A stretch of 64,000 nucleotides of DNA, from positions 18,387 to 82,386 of the forward strand of contig MCFE01000394.1 in NCBI GenBank assembly GCA_002104905.1, given 5' to 3'. Below are positions 54,008 through 63,952 of the stretch, piece by piece. Under the pieces are notes generated by a model, which saw nothing but the letters and a program-made list of their open reading frames with translations, was not told where the DNA came from and made no database searches. The stretch comes from Basidiobolus meristosporus CBS 931.73 (Eukaryota > Fungi > Basidiobolomycota). The first letter of the stretch is position 1; every line of letters starts with the position of its first letter. Both the position numbers and the translations under genes were made by a program.

Positions 54008-54550
54008 GGGTTTACAACTTATAACCACATGTTGATAGTCACTGATAAATACACAATAATACCCTTAACAGTCACTATTCCTATGACCCTTCAATTTCAG
54101 ATCAACACAACTCGAAGATTCACCTGCTACACTGGAGATCACTTGGATAGAGGTGATGGTGACGTAAGTTGATTGGTGCAATGCATAATGCTAAATCGTA
54201 AATTTAGCTATTAACCAGAGTAGCTTAGCGATCAACGACTATGAAATCAAGAACTACGTAAGAACGAAGCCATTCCTGTGTGCTCATCTCAAGCCATAGT
54301 ATGAGTCGTTTTGGTTTGTTCCTTCACTACCGCTTATGTCATTCCCAAGTGGAATAGCAAACCCAGAATTGAAGAATGTTTATTTACTTTTCTACATGTA
54401 CTAATCAACTCAGTGAAATGCTGATTAAATTTACTCACCTTTGCTTCATAATTTAGTAAACTGGGTTTGGTTGCTGATGATCGCTGATGAATCTAGCAAA
54501 CCATACATAAAAGCAACTGTTTGCCTTGCAGTGTGTCATCAAGAGCCAAC

Positions 54551-55003
54551 ATGCAACGTACTTTCCGCATTCTATCAGCCCTAGTATTCCTATTCGGGGT
54601 ATCTTATGCATCGCCCATTGCAACGTATGACAACCAGCAAATAGAACAGCCTCCGTATTTCGACCAGGGTATCCAAGCGGACTTTGGTGGCAACACCGAC
54701 AATGAACCATCAATATCATTCACTCCAACATACAATCAACTAGAGTCCCCAGAAGCCTATCCATTGCTAGACAACGCTCAGACGAATTCTGCACAGAACG
54801 CTCAGGCACTTTCCAACCAAAATCAATTTGAGCAAGTGCAGCTAGTCGATCAGACATTGTACCAACCATCTGCGCCGACATATGTACAATCAATTACTCC
54901 CGACGAGGATGACACTGAAGACTCTAGTGAAGATGACGATCAACCATCGTGTAAACGTTGTCAACGACGCTATCGTAGACGTAGATACAGAGGCGGCTTT
55001 TGA
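54551..55003 (+). CDS. Family B secreted protein, copy B1 (150 aa from the ATG)
   Basis: MQRTFRILSALVFLFGVSYA signal, acidic body, CKRCQRRYRRRRYRGGF tail; tacataaaa about 40 nt upstream. Confidence 0.85.
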   Translation: MQRTFRILSALVFLFGVSYASPIATYDNQQIEQPPYFDQGIQADFGGNTDNEPSISFTPTYNQLESPEAYPLLDNAQTNSAQNAQALSNQNQFEQVQLVDQTLYQPSAPTYVQSITPDEDDTEDSSEDDDQPSCKRCQRRYRRRRYRGGF

Positions 55004-55645
55004 CTCAATCGGATCATGTAAACACTAGTTTGGCATTCATAATAAATCCTATCAAATAGTCGCTGCCTCTGTAAGCTATCCAATACACACATTTCTTCTG
55101 CAAACAAGATTACACCAACTGACATCAGAGGAGACGTGACCACAGGGATGAGTGGAATGAGCATCATGAACATTCTGGCAATGACTCCTCAAACGATAGT
55201 GTGAATCATTTTGATTTTGTTCCCACCGATTTGGGAACAATAACGGAAAATCTACTAAAATGGAATGGTGGTGAGCAACTTGAATCACATAAATGGATGA
55301 GAGTATAGGTAATGAAGTACATAGATCGATGATACACAGGTTTGATTGGCTGTGGATTGTTTTTATTCATATTTTTGTGGTCTGATGATTGGACACATAG
55401 AATAGCTATCGACATAGGATTGATTTTACTCAAGTTAGTTCAATAATATAGTATACCCTTCTCCTGAATTGGTGACTGGACTTCGGATCATCAGAGGGGA
55501 GTATGGAAATTGGCGTGGTGTTGAGTTTGTCAAACGCTCTTGTTCCCATGCTTGTAATGGCTATACTTCTGCTATCACATATGAATCAAAAAATAACATG
55601 AATAATGAAACTTTATTGCATTTGGGCTCAAGTGCAATCGTTGGT

Positions 55646-56224
55646 TCATTGATTGTCTTCCATGGGCTCAGTATACTGTGAGTCCTGATTAGCACAGTCA
55701 TCGCCACATTGAGCATCTTCCATGGGCTCAGTGTACTGTGTATCTTGGTCAGAGCATCCTTCGATGCATTGGGTGTCCACTACTGGTGTGGAGTATGTCT
55801 CATCTTGTGCAGGCTGAACCATAACAATGGGGTAACCAGAGCCATCGTCTGAGTGCTCAGCACCCTTCTGTTTGGCGTACTCGGATGCGCTGGCTGAACC
55901 CTCTACCTCGAGGCTAGGGCCTGCTTGAAACTGAACATCGAGACTCTTGTCACTGTTGGCGTTGGCAGTGTTCAGATTGTCATGCTTTCTGGTCACGGTG
56001 GTGAACACCTGACGCAACAATGGCACTTGGACGTTTGGCGTTTCAACAGTGGGCTGAACCTGGACTTGCTGGTAGCAGTTGCTTGCTTGGTCCGAGCATG
56101 AATACCTGCGATAACGGACTCTTCCATGCTCACGGTTGCATGATTCGGAGCATGGGACTGGAGCAGCAACGGCGGCTTGAAGAGAGGCAAGGCCCAAGAT
56201 CAATGATGCAATGAATGTACGCAT
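55646..56224 (-). CDS. Family A secreted protein, copy A2 (192 aa)
   Basis: Intact ORF, paralogue of A1, A3 and A4. Confidence 0.87.
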   Translation of the reverse strand: MRTFIASLILGLASLQAAVAAPVPCSESCNREHGRVRYRRYSCSDQASNCYQQVQVQPTVETPNVQVPLLRQVFTTVTRKHDNLNTANANSDKSLDVQFQAGPSLEVEGSASASEYAKQKGAEHSDDGSGYPIVMVQPAQDETYSTPVVDTQCIEGCSDQDTQYTEPMEDAQCGDDCANQDSQYTEPMEDNQ

Positions 56225-56565
56225 CTTTGAGAACTACTGAGTTCATTGCTGAATTCCCTCTGGAATATATAGCATGGGAACCATTATAACGAGGTTACAA
56301 CGTTGATGGTAGCAATAGTTAGTTAACTTTGATGAACTCACACCTTGTCAGATTGAAAAGCAGCATTTGCTCTGCCATCATCGGCTCAATCGCATTGATA
56401 TCGCGTAGTTTATATGGTTACAGTACGATAAATAAACTGATAAATACACCAATATATATATCAATATATACACATATGCTTTTGATATTTCAGCTGTAGT
56501 GTGGTAATTCACGAATTACGGCTGATGTTTCATATTAATATAGGGTGGCCAAATGACATGTTTAT

Positions 56566-56940
56566 TTAATCAATGTATCGATTCCCACTGAAATATCTGA
56601 TCTTGAAGTACTTATGTGCCGACCTCTTGTACTTCTTCTGGCCTCCACCATAGCTACGGGTGGCTGGCTGGGTAATGATGATCCGTGGCTGTTGCTGCTT
56701 AGGCTGATAAAAGGTTTGATCAACTACCTGCGCTTGGTCAAACTGATTAGAGTTCGACAGGGCATCAGGATTACTGGATGAGTGAGCGTTCACTCTGTCC
56801 AACAGGGCCTGTCTTGGTTGCATGTCGGCTATATTGAAGTTTGGCATGTCGTAGGATGACTCTGGCTGAGTTGAAGTGTCATCCATCGAGTCCTCACCTT
56901 CGCCCTCATTCTCATCCATATAGTGATCACCCTCGTCCTG
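56566..56940 (-). pseudogene. Family C copy with 5' end, signal peptide and promoter deleted
   Basis: Colinear with 59471-59860, then joins at ~56940 to sequence matching ~60830. Confidence 0.8.
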
Positions 56941-57209
56941 TCATACCAAAGTGGTTTAGCACGCCCAGAATTGAAGAGAAATGTTGATTTATATTTCTTG
57001 ATGTACTGAAGTGATTGATCATCTGGATTACGATGTTACTCAACTCTTACTCACTGATCATTGCAATGAAAGTGAAATGCTGATTAACTTTACTTACCTT
57101 TGCTTCATAATTTAGTAAACTGGGTTTGGTTGATGATGATCGTTGATGGATCTAGCAAACCATACATAAAAGCAACTATTTGCCTTCCAGTGTGTCATCA
57201 AGAGCCAAC

Positions 57210-57644
57210 ATGCTATGCACTTTCCACATTCTATCCGTCTTAGTATTCCTATTCGGTGCATCTTATGCATCGCCCATTGCAACGTATGACAACCAGCAAG
57301 TAGATCAGGGCATCCCGGTGGATTTTGGTGACAATGCCGACAATGATCCATTAATGTCATACACACCAACATACTATCAACTAGAGTCTCCAGACACCTA
57401 TCCATTGTTGGACAACGCTCAGACTAATTCTGCACAGAATGCTCAGGCACTTTCCAACCAGAATCAATTTGAGCAAGTGCAGCAAGTAGATCAGACATTG
57501 TACCAACCATCTGCACCGACATATATGCAATCAATTACTCCCGACGAGGATGACACTGAAGACTCGAGTGACGACGACGATCAGCCATCGTGCAAACGTT
57601 GTCAACGACGCTACCGTAGACGTGGATACAGAGGCAGCTCTTGA
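57210..57644 (+). CDS. Family B secreted protein, copy B2 (144 aa)
   Basis: Intact ORF with an in-frame 18-bp deletion relative to B1/B3; same tail. Confidence 0.8.
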   Translation: MLCTFHILSVLVFLFGASYASPIATYDNQQVDQGIPVDFGDNADNDPLMSYTPTYYQLESPDTYPLLDNAQTNSAQNAQALSNQNQFEQVQQVDQTLYQPSAPTYMQSITPDEDDTEDSSDDDDQPSCKRCQRRYRRRGYRGSS

Positions 57645-58125
57645 TGAAATCAGATCATGTAAACACTAGTTTGGCATTCATAATAAATCCCATCATATAA
57701 TCGTTATTTCTGCAAGCTATAAAACACACACATTTCTTCTGCAAACAAGATTATAACAACTGATATCCGGAAGAAACAGCGGAGACGTGACCACTGGGAT
57801 GAGTGGAATGAGCATCATGAACATACTGGTAATGAACCCTTAAACAATAGTGTGAATCATTTTGGTTTTGTACCCTCCAATTTGCGAGCAATATTGAACA
57901 AACTACTAAAATGAAATAGTGGTGAGCATCGTGGATAGCAATAAATGGATGATGGTATAGCTAATGAAATACGTAGATCGATGATACATAGGTTCAATTG
58001 GCTGTGGATTGTTTTTATTGATGATTGGCCACATAGAATAGCTATCAACTGAGCTTCGGCTGCTGATGATTGTTGATAAAAACAAAAGCAACTTTTCGTA
58101 TTCCAGTGTGTAACTAAGTGCCAAT

Positions 58126-58234
58126 ATGCAACGTAATTTCCGCATTTTATCCACACATCTACGTCGACATATGTGTAACCATTTACTCCCCACGAGGATG
58201 AAGACCAAGACTTGAGTGACGATGACGGTCAGCC
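58126..58234 (+). pseudogene. Doubly deleted family B remnant
   Basis: atgcaacgtaatttccgcattttatccac fused to the PSASTYV/DEDED region, then fused at cagcc to sequence matching ~62790. Confidence 0.75.
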
Positions 58235-58544
58235 ACACTCTAGGATGTCCGATCTCCATATTGACTAAGCCCTCGTTGAGCATATTAAATGAGCCACCCA
58301 CTACCTCCAAGCAGGACTTAAACACGTTTATAGCCAAGCTTTACCAGCTTCTTACCCCTCTCCTCAATTGGTGGCTGGACTTCGGGTCATCAGAGGGAAG
58401 TATGGAGATTGGCGTGGTGTTGAGTTTGTCAAATGCTCTTGTTCCCATGCTGGTAATGGCTATATCTCTGCTATCACATATGAGACGAAAAATAAAATGA
58501 ATAATGGTGCTTTATTGGATTTATGCTCAAGTGCAGTCGTTGGT

Positions 58545-59123
58545 TCATTGAGCGTCTTCCATGGGCTCAGTATACTGTGAGTCCTGATTAGCACAGTCAT
58601 CGCCACATTGAGCATCTTCCATGGGCTCAGTGTACTGTGTATCTTGGTCAGAGCATCCTTCGATGCATTGGGTGTCCACTACTGGTGTGGAGTATGTCTC
58701 ATCTTGTGCAGGCTGAACCATAACAATGGGGTAACCAGAGCCATCGTCTGAGTGCTCAGCACCCTTCTGTTTGGCGTACTCGGATGCGCTGGCTGAACCC
58801 TCTACCTCGAGGCTAGGGCCTGCTTGAAACTGAACATCGAGACTCTTGTCACTGTTGGCGTTGGCAGTGTTCAGATTGTCATGCTTTCTGGTCACGGTGG
58901 TGAACACCTGACGCAACAATGGCACTTGGACGTTTGGCGTTTCAACAGTGGGCTGAACCTGGACTTGCTGGTAGCAGTTGCTTGCTTGGTCCGAGCATGA
59001 ATACCTGCGATAACGGACTCTTCCATGCTCACGGTTGCATGATTCGGAGCATGGGACTGGAGCAGCAACGGCGGCTTGAAGAGAGGCAAGGCCCAAGATC
59101 AATGATGCAATGAATGTACGCAT
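58545..59123 (-). CDS. Family A secreted protein, copy A3 (192 aa)
   Basis: Intact ORF; identical to A2 except the penultimate residue. Confidence 0.87.
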   Translation of the reverse strand: MRTFIASLILGLASLQAAVAAPVPCSESCNREHGRVRYRRYSCSDQASNCYQQVQVQPTVETPNVQVPLLRQVFTTVTRKHDNLNTANANSDKSLDVQFQAGPSLEVEGSASASEYAKQKGAEHSDDGSGYPIVMVQPAQDETYSTPVVDTQCIEGCSDQDTQYTEPMEDAQCGDDCANQDSQYTEPMEDAQ

Positions 59124-59470
59124 CTTTGAGAACTACTGAGTTCATTGCTGAATTCCCTCTGGAATATATAGCAGGGGAACCATTATAACATGGTTACAAC
59201 ACTGATGGTAGCAATAGTTCGCTAACTTTGATGAACTCACACCTTGTCAGATTGAAAAGCACCATTCACTCTACCATCATCGGCTCAATCGCATTGATGT
59301 CGCGTAGTTTATATGGTTACAACACGACAAATACACTGATAAATACACCAATATATACCCTAATATATACGCATATGCTTTTGATAAAATTTCAGCTTTG
59401 GTGTGGTAATTCACGAATTACGGCTGATGATGTTTCATATTAATATAGGGTGACCAAATGAAATGTTTAT

Positions 59471-60025
59471 TTATTCAATGTATCTGTTCCCACTGAAATA
59501 TCTGATCTTGAAGTACTTATGTGCCGACCTCTTGTACTTCTTCTGGCCTTCACCATAGCTACGGGCGGCTGGCTGAGTGATGATGATCCGCGGCTGTTGC
59601 TGCTTAGGCTGATAGAGGGTTTGGTCGATAACCTGCGCTTGGTCAAACTGATTGGAGTTCGACAGAGCATCAGCATCACTGGATGAGTGAGCGTTCACTC
59701 TGTCCAACAAGGCCTGTCTTGGTTGCATGTCGGCTATATTGAAGTTTGGCATGTTGTAGGATGACTCTGGCTGAGTTGAAGTATCATCCATTGAGTCCTC
59801 ACCTTTGCCTTCATCTTCGCCCTCATTCTCATCCATATAGCTATCACCCTCATCCTGTTCCGGCTGATAGTCATATGCAGGCGATTGAGTTTCTAGGTAG
59901 CAAGGACTTATTTGCTCCCCGCACAAGTTGTTGTCGTTGCTAACCTGAGAAAAGGTACCTTCTGTGGCGGTTAATGCATGGATAGATGCAAAGTACAAAG
60001 CGAACAAAGCGAGAGTAAGCTGCAT
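59471..60025 (-). CDS. Family C secreted protein, only intact copy (184 aa)
   Basis: MQLTLALFALYFASIHA signal, aaaATG context, ctataaag about 40 nt upstream, acidic body, Lys/Arg/Tyr-rich tail, stop overlapping AATAAA. Confidence 0.83.
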   Translation of the reverse strand: MQLTLALFALYFASIHALTATEGTFSQVSNDNNLCGEQISPCYLETQSPAYDYQPEQDEGDSYMDENEGEDEGKGEDSMDDTSTQPESSYNMPNFNIADMQPRQALLDRVNAHSSSDADALSNSNQFDQAQVIDQTLYQPKQQQPRIIITQPAARSYGEGQKKYKRSAHKYFKIRYFSGNRYIE

Positions 60026-61096
60026 TTTGATGAATAGCGTAAAACTAGTCGTAAGCTCACTTTATAGTGGTATTTGGCGTAGTCTATTATACTGCATCCT
60101 ATATCTGACTCACTTGAAGCCATGAATTCACATTCCATGTCCAGCCGTGGTTGACTATCCACTAAGTACTTGTGAAGATATGGGCTCATATGGATAATCG
60201 AGATTCGTTGAATTAAGTGCACTTATCGGTACATTAAGTGTCATCCATAAAGTCTGCAGTCGGTGAGTCCTGCTAAGCACAATCATTACAACACTGAGCA
60301 TATTCCGTGGGCACAGTGTATTGAAGCAGCAACGACGGCCAAAAGAAAAAGTAGCTACGTCATTGAGCATTTGGAAAGCCATATGTTAATAGTCGCAGTG
60401 ATATATTCACACTAATACCCTTAGCAACCACGATTCCTATGAATCTACAATTTGAAATCAACGCAAATCTAGGTTCATGTTTCGACTTGAAGTTCATCCG
60501 CGGCAATAGAGATCCCTTGGATAGAGGCGCTGTATCAAGCCAGCAAAGTGATGCCGACTTGTGGTGGTTGATGCAATGCTTGATGCTAAATCGTTACTCT
60601 AGCTCAGTATGCTACCGAATGATGACTGGTAAAATATGAATTCATTCATAATCCCATAATACGCATTAAAATAGCTACAGATCGCTATATAACCTGTGCA
60701 GGTTACAATTCTATGACTATGAAATCAAGAACTACGTAAGAACGAAGCCATTCCTGTGTGCTCACCTCAAGCCATAGCTTGAAAAGGCGTAGTGTGAGTC
60801 ATTTTGGTTTGTCTCTTCACAACCGCTAATATCATTCCCAAATCGTGCGGCAGCGCAGAATTGAAGAATGTTTATTTATTTTTCTTCATGTACTGAAGTG
60901 ATTGGTCGCCGGAATTACGGTGTTAATCAGCACCTATTCACTGATCATTACAATGAAAGTGAAATGCTGATTAACTTTACTCACCTTTGCTTCATAATTT
61001 AGTAAGCTGGGTTCGGTAGCTGATGATCGCTGATGAATCTAGCAAACCATACATAAAAGCAACTGTTTGCCTTCCACTGCGTCATCAAGAGCCAAC
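60026..61096. promoter_or_regulatory. Divergent intergenic region between C (-) and B (+)
   Basis: TATA-like elements ~40 nt upstream of each ATG; the B-proximal part is conserved upstream of B1, B2 and B3. Confidence 0.5.
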
Positions 61097-61549
61097 ATGC
61101 AACGCACTTTCCGCATTCTATCCGCCTCGGTATTCCTATTCGGTGTATCTTCTGCGTCGCCCATTACAACGTATGACAACCAGCAAATAGAACAGTATCC
61201 GTACTTCGACCAGGGTATCCAAGCGGACTTTGGTGGCAACACCGACAATGAACCGTCAATGTCATACACTCCAACATACTATCAACTAGAGTCCTCAGAC
61301 GCCTATCCATTGCTAGACAACGCTCAGACGAATTCCGCACAGAACGCTCAAGCACTTTCCAACCAGAATCAGTACGACCAGGTGCAGCAAGTAGATCAGA
61401 CATTGTACCAACCATCTGCACCGACATATATGCAATCAATTACTCCCGACGAGGATGACACTGAAGACTCGAGTGACGACGACGATCAGCCATCGTGTAA
61501 ACGTTGTCAACGACGCTACCGTAGAAGTAGATACAGCGGCCGCTTTTGA
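61097..61549 (+). CDS. Family B secreted protein, copy B3 (150 aa)
   Basis: Intact ORF, paralogue of B1. Confidence 0.85.
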   Translation: MQRTFRILSASVFLFGVSSASPITTYDNQQIEQYPYFDQGIQADFGGNTDNEPSMSYTPTYYQLESSDAYPLLDNAQTNSAQNAQALSNQNQYDQVQQVDQTLYQPSAPTYMQSITPDEDDTEDSSDDDDQPSCKRCQRRYRRSRYSGRF

Positions 61550-61959
61550 TTCAATCGGGTCATGATAACGCTAGTTTGGCATTCACAATAAATCCTATAA
61601 AATAATCGCTACTTCTGTAAGCTATCCAACACACACATTACACCAACTGACATCAGAGGAGACGTGACCACAGGGATGTGTGGAATGAGCAATGACTCCT
61701 CACATCAAACATTTTGGTTTTGTTCTCTCCAATTTGCGAACAATAATGAATAATGGCAAGCAGTCGTGGTGAGCACTAAATGGATGATGGTATAGGTAAT
61801 GAAGTGCGTAGATCGATGATACATAGGTTCAATTGGCTGCGGATTGTTTTTATTGATGATTGGCCACATAGAACAGCTATCAACATAGGATTAATTTTAC
61901 TCAACTGAGCTTTGGTTGCTGATGATCGTAGATAAACACAAAAGCAACTAAGAGCCAAT

Positions 61960-62411
61960 ATGCGACGTAATTTCCGAATTTTATCCACGCATTTTATCCA
62001 CGCATTTTATCCACCTTAGTATTCCTTTTCGGTGTATTCTATGCATCGCCTATTGTTACATATGGCAACCAATAAGTAGACCAGGGTGTCCAAGTGGACT
62101 ATGAGACTGAACCATCGATATCACATGCGCCGGGAGATTACCAGCTAGAGTCCCTAATTACCTATCCCTTGTTGAACAATATTCAAACCAACTCCGTACA
62201 GAATGCTCAGGCACTTCCCAACCAGAATCAGTATGGCCAGGTGCAGCAAAGAGATCAGACATTGTACCAACCATCTGCGTCGACGTATGTGCAATCATTG
62301 ACTCCCGACGAGGATGAAGACCAAGACTCTGGTGATGATGACGATCAGCCATCGTGTAAACGTTGTCAACGACGCCACCGTAGACGTAGATACAGAGACA
62401 GCTATCGATGA
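61960..62411 (+). pseudogene. Family B pseudogene B4
   Basis: 13-bp unit attttatccacgc triplicated in the signal peptide (frameshift) plus an in-frame CAA>TAA; 3' part still open (62094-62411). Confidence 0.82.
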
Positions 62412-63097
62412 GAACAGGTTGTTGGCCTTTCTACATTTTATGACTATTGTGATCTCAGCAAAATAAATAGGTTAATGTATCATACAATTGATTTTACTCC
62501 AGTGTCCCTGTTCATGTAGGCTATCAAGTACACCCAATTCTTCTGTAAACAAGCTTTCAAGTATAAACACTAGGAAAAAAAGATACACAAGAGATGTGCC
62601 CACAGGGATGGGTGGAATAATGGCGAGTATCAACAGAGATTGAAGTAAGGGAAAGAGCCGATCAAGCGCTAATTTTCTCAATTATAATAAGAATCACTCG
62701 TCTGTGGTGCATGTTATATGTGCGCTCAGGATACTATGTTTTCTGGCAATGGTAGTGAGTAATAGTTGGACTTCTTGAGATAGCGATACACTCTAGGATG
62801 CCCGATCTCCATATTGACTCGGCCCGGGTTGAGCTTATTAATTAAGCCACCCAATACCTCCAAGCAGTACTTAAACACGTGCATAGCCAAGCTTTACCAG
62901 CTTCTTACTCTTCTCCTGAATTGGTAGCTGGACTTCGGGTCATCGGAGGGAAGTATGGAGATTGGCGTGGCGTTGAGTTTGTCAAACGCTCTTGTTCCCA
63001 TGCTGGTAATGGCTATATTTCTGCTATCACATATGAGACGAAAAATAACATGAATAATGAAACTTTATTGGATTTGGGCTTAAGTGCAGTCGTTGGT

Positions 63098-63676
63098 TCA
63101 TTGAGTGTCTTCCATGGGCTCAGTATACTGTGGGTCCTGATTAGCACAGTTATCGCCACATTGAACATCTTCCATGGGCTCAGTGTACTGTGCATCTTGG
63201 TCAGAGCATCCTTCGATGCATTGGGTGTCCACTACTGGTGTGGAGTATGTCTCATCTTGTGCAGGCTGAATCATAACAGTGGGGTAATCAGTGCCATTGT
63301 CTGAGTGTTCAGCACCCTTCTGTTTGGCGTACTCGGATGCGCTGGCTGAACCTTCTACCTCGAGGCTAGGGCCTGCTTGAAACTGAACATCGAGACTCTT
63401 GTCACTGTTGGCGTTGGCAGTGTTCAGATTGTCATGCTTTCTGGTCACGGTGGTGAACACCTGACGCAACAGTGGCACTTGAACATTTGACGTTTCAACA
63501 GTGGGCTGAACCTGGGATTGCTGGTAGCAGTTGCTTGCTTGGTCCGAGCATGAATACCTGCGATAACGGACTCTTCTATGCTCACGGTTGCATGATTCGG
63601 AGCATGGGACTGGAGCAGCAACGGCGGCTTGAAGAGAGGCAAGGCCCAAGATCAAGGATACAATGAATGTACGCAT
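63098..63676 (-). CDS. Family A secreted protein, copy A4 (192 aa)
   Basis: Intact ORF, paralogue of A1-A3. Confidence 0.87.
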   Translation of the reverse strand: MRTFIVSLILGLASLQAAVAAPVPCSESCNREHRRVRYRRYSCSDQASNCYQQSQVQPTVETSNVQVPLLRQVFTTVTRKHDNLNTANANSDKSLDVQFQAGPSLEVEGSASASEYAKQKGAEHSDNGTDYPTVMIQPAQDETYSTPVVDTQCIEGCSDQDAQYTEPMEDVQCGDNCANQDPQYTEPMEDTQ

Positions 63677-63952
63677 CTGTAAGAACTACTGAGTTCATTG
63701 CTGAATTCACTCTGGAATATATAGCATGGGAGCCAGTATAATATGGTTTTAACATTGATGGCAGCAATAGTTAGTTAACTTTGATCAGATTGAAAATTTG
63801 CATTCTGTCTACCATCATCGCGTAGTTTGCATGATTACAGGAGGATAAATACACTGATAAATACACCAATAAGTGCACATATGCTTTTGATACTCCAGCT
63901 GTAGTATAGTGATTTAGAATCAATGCTGATGTTTCATTTTAATATAAGGTGG

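Noticed and set aside
52688-60025. Reassigned genetic code (TAA/TAG = Gln), prompted by CAA>TAA in A1 and B4
   Set aside because: Family C ends in TAA overlapping its AATAAA, and intact A, B and C genes use CAA/CAG with no internal TAR
53560-62100. Classical CpA-type RIP acting on the array
   Set aside because: Only about three CAR>TAR changes were seen; CA is abundant everywhere and near-identical copies remain unmutated
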